Part shown: piece after piece, positions 24,128 to 31,668 of the stretch
Position numbering within the stretch: position 1 is the stretch's first letter
How the letters are laid out: every line of letters starts with the position of its first letter
Source: a virus
Strand: one strand, 5' to 3'
Virus genome (UHGV): UHGV-0780004
Length of the DNA: 31,733 nucleotides
Translations under genes and position numbers: made by a program
The notes under the pieces: model-generated
Seen by the model: only the letters and a program-made list of their open reading frames with translations
What the model was told of the DNA's origin: nothing
Database searches by the model: none

Positions 24128-24505
24128 TTATTCCCCTTTGTTTTTCTCTTCCTGTAACCGTTTCATAAGGAGTTCTTTATTGTCTCCTGCATATTCCAAG
24201 ACGTAAATAATCCAGTCCACGATATTCATGCCGCAGGCTTTCGCATAATTATTGAATTCGAGGAATTTATCATGCGAGACCTTGAGGTTGATATCAAGAT
24301 CAGCGATAGAGATTTGGCTATCGTCGGCAGGTTGGGGTTGGTTCATTAGGTTGTCAATAATGATCAGAGCCTTTTTGGGGATAGTGCGGCTTTTGGAAAA
24401 CCAGTTGTTGACAACTAGGTATTTCACTCCGCATTGGTCCGCCAACCATTGCCGGGTTTTTCCGATGTCTTTAAGCCATTGATCTATCTCTTCTTTTGTG
24501 TGCAT
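24128..24505 (-). CDS. Dual-domain DNA-binding regulator: an N-terminal YdaS/Cro-like HTH and a C-terminal ribbon-helix-helix-like domain (immunity repressor candidate)
   Basis: The N-terminal HTH segment is KTRQWLADQCGVKYLVVNNWFSKSRTIPKKALIII. The C-terminal segment LKVSHDKFLEFNNYAKACGMNIVDWIIYVLEYA follows a strand-helix-helix pattern. It is minus-strand and divergent from the downstream small genes. Confidence 0.5.
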   Translation of the reverse strand: MHTKEEIDQWLKDIGKTRQWLADQCGVKYLVVNNWFSKSRTIPKKALIIIDNLMNQPQPADDSQISIADLDINLKVSHDKFLEFNNYAKACGMNIVDWIIYVLEYAGDNKELLMKRLQEEKNKGE

Positions 24506-24532
24506 GCCGATGTATTATCATCGTTTAATGAC

Positions 24533-24580
24533 ACAAGCAAGATGAAAAAAACAAGCATACAGTGATATTTTTGTCTTGCT
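24533..24580. promoter_or_regulatory. Operator-like half-sites in the divergent intergenic region: ACAAGCAAGA (24533..24542), ACAAGCATAC (24551..24560) and inverted TGTCTTGCT (24572..24580)
   Basis: Two direct copies and one inverted copy of an AGCAAGA-like core lie between the minus-strand regulator and the plus-strand ORF starting at 24637. Confidence 0.3.
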
Positions 24581-24636
24581 CTACAATCAAACAATGATAA
24601 AAAGAGGGCATCAACCAACCAAATCATCACACACCC

Positions 24637-24828
24637 ATGATAGATACCATCCAAGTACCAATTCAAAAACTCGCTGAGTCTCCTAAAGCCAGCGGGTCAG
24701 TTATGGCCCTTTCAGTCAGGGACAACTTGCCACTGAGCGAGGCCATTATTCAGACCCTCCGCATCTTGGCTCATGATGCGACCGACAACAAAACGCAACC
24801 GAAGAACCCCGAACCCGCCAACCGATAA
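24637..24828 (+). CDS. Hypothetical small protein (63 aa)
   Basis: It is the first ORF on the + side of the divergent region. No recognisable domain was found. Confidence 0.25.
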   Translation: MIDTIQVPIQKLAESPKASGSVMALSVRDNLPLSEAIIQTLRILAHDATDNKTQPKNPEPANR

Positions 24829-24839
24829 ACATGGATTAC

Positions 24840-25325
24840 TTAGCTCAGCAAGTGGGGATTCTTTTTGAGATACTCCCAGGCAACATCGGTGATGTTGACG
24901 TCAAACCCGGTCACAATGCTTCCATAAAAGGAGAGCCGAATAAGAATGCCGGCTGCTATCAGACCATTTACGATGCCGTCCCTATCATCAAATCTCTGTG
25001 TGCGGGTATCGAAGAAGATATATCTGAGAAGAACATCTTTCTCTTTTGGAGTGAGAGCATGGAGACGCTTGATCACCTTTTTACGGGATTTTGCCTTGGA
25101 GCGAGAGGTTTTGATAGTGTTCCAAGCCTTTTCCAGCAGGGCGCAGCCGGAAATAAGGAACACGAATCCCGCAATATCGCGGTAATCATGGGGAGAATAG
25201 CTGATATGCAGGGCCTCAAGAATGCTTTGAGGAGCGAAAAGATAAACTGCCGCTGCGGAAAAGATTATGCCTGCATAATTGCAAGCGAATTTAAGCAGTT
25301 CTGCCAAGTATTGGAAAAAAATCAT
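24840..25325 (-). CDS. Two-TM membrane protein with a C-terminal soluble domain (161 aa), a superinfection-exclusion / abortive-infection candidate. A 169-aa + strand ORF (24831..25340) fully overlaps it antisense.
   Basis: The TM segments are GIIFSAAAVYLFAP and IAGFVFLISGCALL. A basic linker KTSRSKAKSRKKVIKRL follows, then a conserved-looking C-domain. Its codons look natural and it lies in the AT-rich island. Confidence 0.35.
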   Translation of the reverse strand: MIFFQYLAELLKFACNYAGIIFSAAAVYLFAPQSILEALHISYSPHDYRDIAGFVFLISGCALLEKAWNTIKTSRSKAKSRKKVIKRLHALTPKEKDVLLRYIFFDTRTQRFDDRDGIVNGLIAAGILIRLSFYGSIVTGFDVNITDVAWEYLKKNPHLLS

Positions 25326-25394
25326 GAACCCAGAGGATAGGCTTAAACGGATGTATAGACAATAGCCTTTACATTAAAACCAATAAGAAGAAAC

Positions 25395-25658
25395 ATGAAT
25401 AAAGAACAAACGATAGTCAGCCTCCTTATTGAGCTGGATAAAATGCTCAAAGTCGAAACCCACGAGGACGCCAATCCATGCTTCAGCATCAATGAGCCTG
25501 AAGACAAAATTCTCCGGGCGAAATACGCAGGGAGAATTTACGGAGCCCGAAGGCTTTTAGGATTGAGCCTCGAGTCCCAGCCCGGAGCATTGTTTCCCGA
25601 CAAAGAAAGGGATGCGTTTACCGATCTTGTTGAGAAGAGCCAGGAACCTCCCGCTTGA
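25395..25658 (+). CDS. Hypothetical protein (87 aa)
   Basis: The ORF overlaps the 3' end of the convergent DUF4177 gene by 40 nt. Confidence 0.3.
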   Translation: MNKEQTIVSLLIELDKMLKVETHEDANPCFSINEPEDKILRAKYAGRIYGARRLLGLSLESQPGALFPDKERDAFTDLVEKSQEPPA

Positions 25659-25830
25659 ACAAGAACACTAAGGAAGGATCGCCGTGTAATTTTTCGGAAA
25701 TAGGATAAATAGCCGACACAAGTTCCCATCCATCTTTTCCTTGATTGTTAAGAACTTCCATATGCTTTTCCCATACGTCCTTATTATGATTTACTGCCAA
25801 GTATGTATATTCGAATTTAGCCATAACCAA
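25618..25830 (-). CDS. DUF4177 domain protein (70 aa)
   Basis: The segment MAKFEYTYLAVN...VLNNQGKDGWELVSAIYP...SLVFLFKRE matches the DUF4177 pattern (kwEYk......LN.lG.eGWELV.......v.fKR). Confidence 0.55.
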   Translation of the reverse strand: MVMAKFEYTYLAVNHNKDVWEKHMEVLNNQGKDGWELVSAIYPISEKLHGDPSLVFLFKREVPGSSQQDR

Positions 25831-25890
25831 GCAATAACAATTTTACATTAAACTATCAATATCAAATGCCCCGGTACGAAGAATTTAGCC

Positions 25891-26106
25891 ATGAACCGTT
25901 CAAAGCCGAAAGGCAGGGGCTCCATTAAAGAAACAATCATGATCATCGAATACGACTACGAAGACCGCTGCATCCGGATGGATGGAGAGTTTATCACGCT
26001 GGACGAGGCGAGTGGCTTGCTGGGAGCTTTGGAGATTGCCATTGACCAGTGGGAAGCGGACCACACCACCTGCGAAAATCCCGACGGCCACAACGACGAA
26101 TTTTAA
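25891..26106 (+). CDS. Hypothetical small acidic protein (71 aa)
   Basis: The ORF lies where GC content rises back toward the phage backbone. Confidence 0.3.
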   Translation: MNRSKPKGRGSIKETIMIIEYDYEDRCIRMDGEFITLDEASGLLGALEIAIDQWEADHTTCENPDGHNDEF

Positions 26107-26114
26107 CCAAAGCC

Positions 26115-26453
26115 ATGAACGGGAACGGAAAAACGATAGCCAGTCTCGCGGATGCCTTGGAAGTGCTGTCCGGAGTGCTGAGGGAATTGGCGACCACTCC
26201 GATTCCTCCCTCTGCTGAGGCAGCGAGCGTCGGAATGAATAATTTTGTTCCGGTAGATGAATTCGGAAGCGCGAAAGATTGCGCTGAACGGTTTCACTAC
26301 TCCGTCAGCGGCATTACTCCTTATTTGGCGGAGGGGGTGAGGCTGGGGAAAATTACCAAGATGACGCCTGTGAACAATCAACGAGGAAGGAAGGGCGAGG
26401 CGCGCTTCAACATGCGCGAAGTTAGAGATTTTCTCTCCAACCAATCAAAATAA
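26115..26453 (+). CDS. Excisionase/AlpA-like HTH DNA-binding protein (113 aa)
   Basis: The segment SAKDCAERFHYSVSGITPYLAEGVRLGKITKM...RFNMREVRDFL fits an Xis-family HTH. It is the first gene of the early operon downstream of the integrase island. Confidence 0.4.
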   Translation: MNGNGKTIASLADALEVLSGVLRELATTPIPPSAEAASVGMNNFVPVDEFGSAKDCAERFHYSVSGITPYLAEGVRLGKITKMTPVNNQRGRKGEARFNMREVRDFLSNQSK

Positions 26454-26833
26454 TGAATACACATCAACATATTATCGACCGAGGCCCTTACAAGGGCATG
26501 GTGGAAACTATCACTGACAATCCCCATCCAGCCAAGACGACGCGCTGCTACATGTGCGCAGCGCCGCTGAAAGCCTCGTCTTCATGGATGTCCCTGGTAG
26601 GGGACCATCAGGACGGCGTCTTCACCGCGCGCTTTCTGTGCCCGTTATGCGCCAGAGAACGCCTCAACGGCATCCCGGACGAAGCGGAGCGCTGCTGGAA
26701 CTATACCCAAGCCGCCCAATCAGGGCCCCGGATTACCAAAATCCTCGCTTACCTGATTTTCTGGTGTGGACTGGTTACTGCCGGAGGAACATTCCTCTTC
26801 TTAATTTTCCTCCTGCTCAAAAACCTTTTTTAA
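26453..26833 (+). CDS. Zn-ribbon protein with a C-terminal TM anchor (126 aa)
   Basis: It has a CYMC...CPLC metal-binding pair and the hydrophobic tail ILAYLIFWCGLVTAGGTFLFLIFLLL. Confidence 0.4.
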   Translation: MNTHQHIIDRGPYKGMVETITDNPHPAKTTRCYMCAAPLKASSSWMSLVGDHQDGVFTARFLCPLCARERLNGIPDEAERCWNYTQAAQSGPRITKILAYLIFWCGLVTAGGTFLFLIFLLLKNLF

Positions 26834-26859
26834 CTGATTAACTAAATAAATAAAACATT

Positions 26860-27573
26860 ATGCAAAAATACAAATTTACTGGAGAAACAAAGGAGGTGTA
26901 TGGCTGCACCTTGCACCAGATCGTATGCGTAACAGCGTTTGCCTCCGTCGCTGCCGGAGAGGTTGGCGGCTACATTGAAAAAGAAGTCAACCTGTCCCAA
27001 GACGGGAACGCCTGGGTCTTCGGGGACGCCGAGGTCTTCGGGAACGCCGAGGTCTTCGGGGACGCCAAGGTCTTCGGGAACGCCAAGGTCTTCGGGAACG
27101 CCAAGGTCTTCGGGAACGCCAAGGTCTTCGGGGACGCCAAGGTCTTCGGGAACGCCAAGGTTCGCGGGGACGCCGAGGTCTTCGGGAACGCCGAGGTCTT
27201 CGGGAACGCCGAGGTCTTCGGGGACGCCAAGGTCTTCGGGGACGCCAAGGTCTTCGGGGACGCCGAGGTCTGCGGGGACGCCGAGGTCTGCGGGAACGCC
27301 ATTTTGAGACGTGGGTCCACCGAGACGGCAACCGATTACATCGTGATTGGACCCCAGGGATCGCGCCGGAGTTTTGCGACGTTGCATTTACCCTCCAATA
27401 CGGTGTGCACTGGGTGTTTTGTCGGAGACTTGAATGAATTCAAGGTAGCGGTCTCCACTAGTCACAATCCTAATCACTGTGATGACTGCAAGATCTTCAA
27501 CGAGCAGTATCAGCGTGTTATCCAGGTGTTTGAATTTTACGCGAAGGACCGTCAAGACAAAGATGTTCAATGA
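26860..27573 (+). CDS. Hexapeptide tandem-repeat protein (237 aa): about 16 consecutive (D/N)A(E/K)VFG units, flanked by Cys-containing N- and C-terminal regions
   Basis: The array is read directly. The C-terminus contains CTGCFVGDL...HCDDCKIF. The operon context favours the + strand. All frames are open through the array. Confidence 0.5.
   Translation: MQKYKFTGETKEVYGCTLHQIVCVTAFASVAAGEVGGYIEKEVNLSQDGNAWVFGDAEVFGNAEVFGDAKVFGNAKVFGNAKVFGNAKVFGDAKVFGNAKVRGDAEVFGNAEVFGNAEVFGDAKVFGDAKVFGDAEVCGDAEVCGNAILRRGSTETATDYIVIGPQGSRRSFATLHLPSNTVCTGCFVGDLNEFKVAVSTSHNPNHCDDCKIFNEQYQRVIQVFEFYAKDRQDKDVQ
27007..27300. repeat. 18-bp tandem-repeat array (about 16 units of [G/A]ACGCC[G/A]AGGTCTTCGGG)
   Basis: The units are near-identical and differ only at two A/G positions. 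This makes it a VNTR-like locus within the coding sequence. Confidence 0.9.
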
Positions 27574-27652
27574 GCAGTTGGCCGGGGCCAGCACCAACTG
27601 GTCCCCGGCCTGTTACGAATGCAACCTACAAAATTACAATTAGTAACGAGTT

Positions 27653-28753
27653 ATGAATACACCAAGTGAAGCCACGCGGCAAGAGAAAGTAATGGCTCCC
27701 TCCAAGTCCACCGAGCTTGCCGTCAGCCTGGACAATCTGGCCTTGGAAGCCCAACAGGCGTTGAGCTGTAAGGGCAGTTTTGAAAAGGCCATCAACATGG
27801 GCATTGCCATGAACCGGCTGCGCGACGCCCTGACGCCAGAAATCATGAAATCCATCATGAAGCTGAAAGGTTCCCAGCTCGGCTTCCGCACCGATGAATG
27901 CCAGCCGACACAATACAAGGAAGGCATTTCCTATGGTGTGGATGCGGTCAGGGAATGCCTGATTGTAGCCACCTGCATGGGGCTTTCTCCGGTGGGCAAT
28001 CAATGGAACATCCTTGCCGGGCGCACGTATGTGACCAAGGAAGGCATGACCTACCTGCTGAAAAATCTGGATGGCCTGACCAATTTGAAGATGGTCTATC
28101 ATCCCGCCGAAATCAAAGAGTCCTCCACTTCCGGCATCAGCAAGCAAGGTAAAGAGTACCAGAAGATTGAACGGGAAGGATTGGTGAGAGTAGATATGAG
28201 CTGGGAGTTCAAGGGTGTTCCGGATTCCGAGACTCTTGAGTTCTGTATTCGTGTGAATAACGGAATGAGCCAGGATGCCATCATTGGCAAGGCGGAACGC
28301 AAGGCCAAGGCATGGCTTTATTCCCACCTGACCGACACGATTATTTCCGATGGTGAGGTGGAAGACGGACGAGAAATGCGGAATGCTACTCCGGATTCCG
28401 GAACGCAGAAACCGAAGGCCGGCAATCCTCTCGCCGGGGCGGCAGTTCCTCCGCCAGTGGCGGCGGCTCCCAAGCAAGAAGAAAAGCCCATCGAGCCGGA
28501 AGTGGTTTCCTCTCCCCCTCCTGCTGCCGATTTGAAGCTGGAACCGGAAACGTCTGTGAGCGTGGCGGACCTGGAAAAGCTGCTGCAAGCCCATGGCGTG
28601 AGCATGCCTCAGGTGGTGAAGTTCTGTCAGAGCCAGCAGATTTACTACGTGCAGGGAGCCAGCCGGGAAGAGACGTTTCCTCCCAAGACGCTGGAATGGC
28701 TGGTAGCGAATTTCAACCAGGTGATTGCCTGGGTGGGAGCCTCCGGGAAGTAA
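27653..28753 (+). CDS. RecT/Redbeta-like single-strand annealing protein with a Pro-rich linker and an extra C-terminal domain (366 aa)
   Basis: The core VRECLIVATCMGLSPVGNQWNILAGRTYVTKEGMTYLLKNLDGLTNLKMVYHP resembles the RecT family pattern (GL.P.....ayl.p.....i.Y.G...La..sg). The gene is paired with a downstream exonuclease. Confidence 0.45.
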   Translation: MNTPSEATRQEKVMAPSKSTELAVSLDNLALEAQQALSCKGSFEKAINMGIAMNRLRDALTPEIMKSIMKLKGSQLGFRTDECQPTQYKEGISYGVDAVRECLIVATCMGLSPVGNQWNILAGRTYVTKEGMTYLLKNLDGLTNLKMVYHPAEIKESSTSGISKQGKEYQKIEREGLVRVDMSWEFKGVPDSETLEFCIRVNNGMSQDAIIGKAERKAKAWLYSHLTDTIISDGEVEDGREMRNATPDSGTQKPKAGNPLAGAAVPPPVAAAPKQEEKPIEPEVVSSPPPAADLKLEPETSVSVADLEKLLQAHGVSMPQVVKFCQSQQIYYVQGASREETFPPKTLEWLVANFNQVIAWVGASGK

Positions 28754-28781
28754 GCGCACAAGATAGAAAGGACATTTAACC

Positions 28782-29720
28782 GTGAATGTTTTAGATTTAT
28801 CGGGTTTTACAGCTTCCGGCGTGGCTTATGGCCGGGTGGATAACCCCCAGGCGTACCACGATTCCAAGAAGGGTATTCCTCATTGCGTTTCCAAGTCCAT
28901 GCTGATGGATTTTGCCCGGAATCCCTATAAATGGAAGTACCGGCAGGATGAAGGAATTGAGAAGGTTTCCCTGGGGTTCCGGTTTGGCAGTTTGGTGGAT
29001 TGTCTGGCCCTGACGCCGGAGCAGTTCCAGAACTCCTATCTGGTGGAGGAATGGCAACCGGGGGTGAACAAGAACGGCTCCGTGTCCAAGACAAAGCAGG
29101 ACGACGGGCAAGCAGCTCGCTGGGCGGCGTTTGCCGACCGTGGGGGAGCCGTGTTGACGCCGGAAGAATACGCCGAAGCACAGAAGGCCGTGGGGATTTT
29201 CAATGACTATTTGAAGACGGAACACGGCTTGGTGCTGGGGGAATCGTTTGAATCCCAAGTGGCGATGTACAAAACGCTGCTCATTGAATATGCACCGGAC
29301 AAGCCGCCGGTTCCGATCACGATCACGGGCATGATTGACATTCTGCCCCATGATATCGATTTGCCGATCATCGACATGAAGACGACCTCCACGCCCGTGG
29401 AAGATTCCGGCCTGATTGATAGAGACATGGCCCGCTACGGTTACGGCTGGCAGGCTGCCTTGTACTGCGATTTGTATGAGGCGATCTTTGGCATACGCCG
29501 TGATTTCATGTTCGAATTTATGGAGTCTGTGGCCCCTTACTGCATTTCCGAGGTCCGGATGGACCAGGAGGCCCTGGAGCATTACCGGGGGCAGTATATG
29601 GCCGCCCTGCGCCAGTTCGCCGAGTGCGTGGCGACGGGGATTTATCCGGGGGCCGTGGTTCTGCCGCGGTATTACCGCATCCCGCGTTGGGAACGCAAAT
29701 TGGAAGGAGGTGCGGCATGA
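28782..29720 (+). CDS. PD-(D/E)XK exonuclease (YqaJ/lambda-Exo-like)
   Basis: The motif is GMIDILPHDIDLPIIDMKTT (D...D-x-K). It sits in the position partnering the annealing protein. The start is GTG. Confidence 0.5.
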   Translation: MNVLDLSGFTASGVAYGRVDNPQAYHDSKKGIPHCVSKSMLMDFARNPYKWKYRQDEGIEKVSLGFRFGSLVDCLALTPEQFQNSYLVEEWQPGVNKNGSVSKTKQDDGQAARWAAFADRGGAVLTPEEYAEAQKAVGIFNDYLKTEHGLVLGESFESQVAMYKTLLIEYAPDKPPVPITITGMIDILPHDIDLPIIDMKTTSTPVEDSGLIDRDMARYGYGWQAALYCDLYEAIFGIRRDFMFEFMESVAPYCISEVRMDQEALEHYRGQYMAALRQFAECVATGIYPGAVVLPRYYRIPRWERKLEGGAA

Positions 29721-30115
29721 TGACCACGCTGACCATTACCTTGCCTCACACGCCGCGCTGCCTGTCTCCTAACGCCAAGGTTCCCCTCACGCAGAGGGGG
29801 GCCATTGTGGCCAGCTACAAGAAGACGGCTGCCAAGAGCCGCGCCCGGAACATAGCCTGGGGCAGGACTTGTGAAGCCCTGAATGGCCGGAGGATGCAAC
29901 CGACGCATTACCGGGTGATCTGGTTTTTCAAGGGACCGAAGCCGGACGCGGATAATTGCCTGGCCCGCTGCAAGGCGTATCTGGATGGAGCCTGCAAGGC
30001 CATGGGGATTGACGACAGGACGCTGGACTGCGCCGGGATTGACCGCGTGCATGATCTGGACAGGGCCGGACAGGTGGAAATCGTGTTTGAAAGGAGGGAC
30101 GATGAAAACGCCTAA
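29717..30115 (+). CDS. rusA: RusA-like Holliday junction resolvase
   Basis: The segment PDADNCLARCKAYLDGACKAMGIDDRTLDCAGIDRVHD matches the RusA acidic catalytic region. An ATGA overlap links it to the exonuclease gene. Confidence 0.65.
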   Translation: MMTTLTITLPHTPRCLSPNAKVPLTQRGAIVASYKKTAAKSRARNIAWGRTCEALNGRRMQPTHYRVIWFFKGPKPDADNCLARCKAYLDGACKAMGIDDRTLDCAGIDRVHDLDRAGQVEIVFERRDDENA

Positions 30116-30302
30116 ATGCCCTCTTTGCGGCACACCTTTGAAAGCCATACGAGGATATGATGTCCGAGGAATAACAACCGATTGGGTTGCTGGTTGCTAC
30201 AACTGCGCTTATAACAATATTAAACCCATACCGGTTGTTTGTAACCCCTGCATCAACGAGGGATTTGCTGTCAACTGGGAGCCGAGAAAGGAGGGAGAGT
30301 GA
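30102..30302 (+). CDS. Small zinc-ribbon protein (66 aa)
   Basis: It has a CPLCGTPL...CYNCAYNN...CNPC arrangement. Confidence 0.4.
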   Translation: MKTPKCPLCGTPLKAIRGYDVRGITTDWVAGCYNCAYNNIKPIPVVCNPCINEGFAVNWEPRKEGE

Positions 30303-31189
30303 ATGAGCTACATCTTTTCGCGGGCGCTGGTGGAGGCATACTTGGAAGCGAGCTGCTCGGATTCCGCACCGTTTGCGCTGTCGAACTTGAACCCTATCCC
30401 GCAAGCGTACTGCTCGCTCGGCAGAATGACGGCCTACTCCCGCCTTTCCCGGTTTGGGATGACGTGCGCACCTTTGACGGACGACCGTGGCGCGGCCTTG
30501 TTGACGTGGTATCTGGAGGCTTCCCGTGCCAGGACATTTCCGCAGCAGGAAAAGGCGCCGGCATTGACGGCGCCAGATCCGGCCTCTGGCGGGAAATGCA
30601 CCGGATTGTTGGCGAAGTACGACCGAAATATGTCTTTGTGGAGAACTCCCCAATGCTCACTTCTCGCGGGCTTGGATGTGTTCTTGGGGACTTGGCCGCG
30701 ATCGGGTATGATGCGGAATGGATGGTGCTGGGAGCGGACGACGTGGGTGCCCCGCATGAGCGTAAGCGCATGTGGATACTTGCTGTCAACTCCGCCGCTG
30801 GGGCAGGGCATGAAATTCGCAACCCCGCAAGCCAGGGATTTCAGGACGGGAGAAGCCAGAAGATGGGACAATCCAGCCCGAAGCCGGAACCTGAACGACC
30901 AGATTGCAAAATTCCCGACTCCAAGAACAAAAGGCATGTGCGGAGGAAGTGGGGCTTTTCAGAAAATGAAAGCCCTGGAAGCCGAAGGGATTGTCACGAC
31001 GGAAGAGCGGAAACAAATGACTGCGGGGAGTGGTGGTCAGCTGAACCCGACGTGGGTCGAGTGGCTCATGGGGTGGCCGCTAGAGTGGACCGCCTTAAAG
31101 CCATTGGCAACGGGCAAGTACCGGCTGTGGCAGCAACTGCATTCCGGGTTTTGCTTGGCAGATTCCAAGAAGGAAAGGAGGGCAAGTGA
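30299..31189 (+). CDS. DNA (cytosine-5)-methyltransferase, orphan
   Basis: Motif I is LFAGAGG, motif IV is GFPCQDIS (the PCQ catalytic Cys), the ENV-like motif is FVENSPML, and motif X is RLKAIGNGQVP. Confidence 0.85.
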   Translation: MNELHLFAGAGGGILGSELLGFRTVCAVELEPYPASVLLARQNDGLLPPFPVWDDVRTFDGRPWRGLVDVVSGGFPCQDISAAGKGAGIDGARSGLWREMHRIVGEVRPKYVFVENSPMLTSRGLGCVLGDLAAIGYDAEWMVLGADDVGAPHERKRMWILAVNSAAGAGHEIRNPASQGFQDGRSQKMGQSSPKPEPERPDCKIPDSKNKRHVRRKWGFSENESPGSRRDCHDGRAETNDCGEWWSAEPDVGRVAHGVAARVDRLKAIGNGQVPAVAATAFRVLLGRFQEGKEGK

Positions 31190-31656
31190 AGCCTGTGCTT
31201 GATGCCTGCTGCGGCTCCCGCATGTTCTGGTTTGACCGCCGCCATCCTGACGTGGTGTTCATGGATCGCCGGCATGAAACGCACACGCTTTGCGACGGGC
31301 GAACCCTGGAAATCAAGCCGGATGTCGTCGGAGACTTCCGGGCCATGCCTTTCAGCGACGGGGAGTTTCGCCTTGTCGTGTTCGACCCTCCACACCTGAT
31401 TCACGCTGGGGAATCATCCTGGCTGGCCAAGAAGTACGGAAAACTGGACAGGGAGACTTGGCAGGAGGATTTGAAGGCCGGTTTCCGGGAGTGTTTCCGG
31501 GTTTTGGAACCGGGCGGCGTTCTGGTGTTCAAATGGTGTGAGGATCAGGTCAGCACGGCAGAAGTGTTGAAGCTGGCCAGCCATGAACCTTTGTTCGGAC
31601 ACCGCCGCGGGAAGACCGTCTTCCTGGTCTTTATGAAATCTACAACCCCCAACTGA
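31186..31656 (+). CDS. Small phage Dam-like SAM-dependent DNA methyltransferase (156 aa)
   Basis: Motif I is LDACCGS and motif IV-like is FDPPH, followed by VLEPGGVLVF. A GTG start overlaps the stop of the C5-methyltransferase gene. Confidence 0.45.
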   Translation: MKPVLDACCGSRMFWFDRRHPDVVFMDRRHETHTLCDGRTLEIKPDVVGDFRAMPFSDGEFRLVVFDPPHLIHAGESSWLAKKYGKLDRETWQEDLKAGFRECFRVLEPGGVLVFKWCEDQVSTAEVLKLASHEPLFGHRRGKTVFLVFMKSTTPN

Positions 31657-31668
31657 CACTTTTTTGAT

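Noticed and set aside
26842-27387. A minus-strand 181-aa ORF (GVPEDL repeats) and + frame-3 ORF 26939..27307 (GTPRSS repeats) through the 18-bp array
   Set aside because: All frames are open only because the repeat unit lacks stop codons. The operon orientation and a proper N/C-terminal context support only the 26860..27573 frame. They are retained as a note in the repeat finding.
27626-28759. A 377-aa minus-strand ORF antisense to the RecT-like gene
   Set aside because: The Arg/His/Leu-rich sequence is non-protein-like. The + strand product has a recognisable annealing-protein core and operon context.
28797-30653. Several minus-strand ORFs (261, 158 and 241 aa) over the exonuclease, RusA and methyltransferase region
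   Set aside because: They are Arg/Pro/Gly-rich antisense frames. The + strand genes carry catalytic motifs and translational coupling.
30303-31202. A 299-aa + strand ORF in an alternative frame overlapping the C5-methyltransferase
   Set aside because: The frame beginning at 30299 contains all the canonical C5-methyltransferase motifs (FxGxG, PCQ, ENV). The shifted frame has none.
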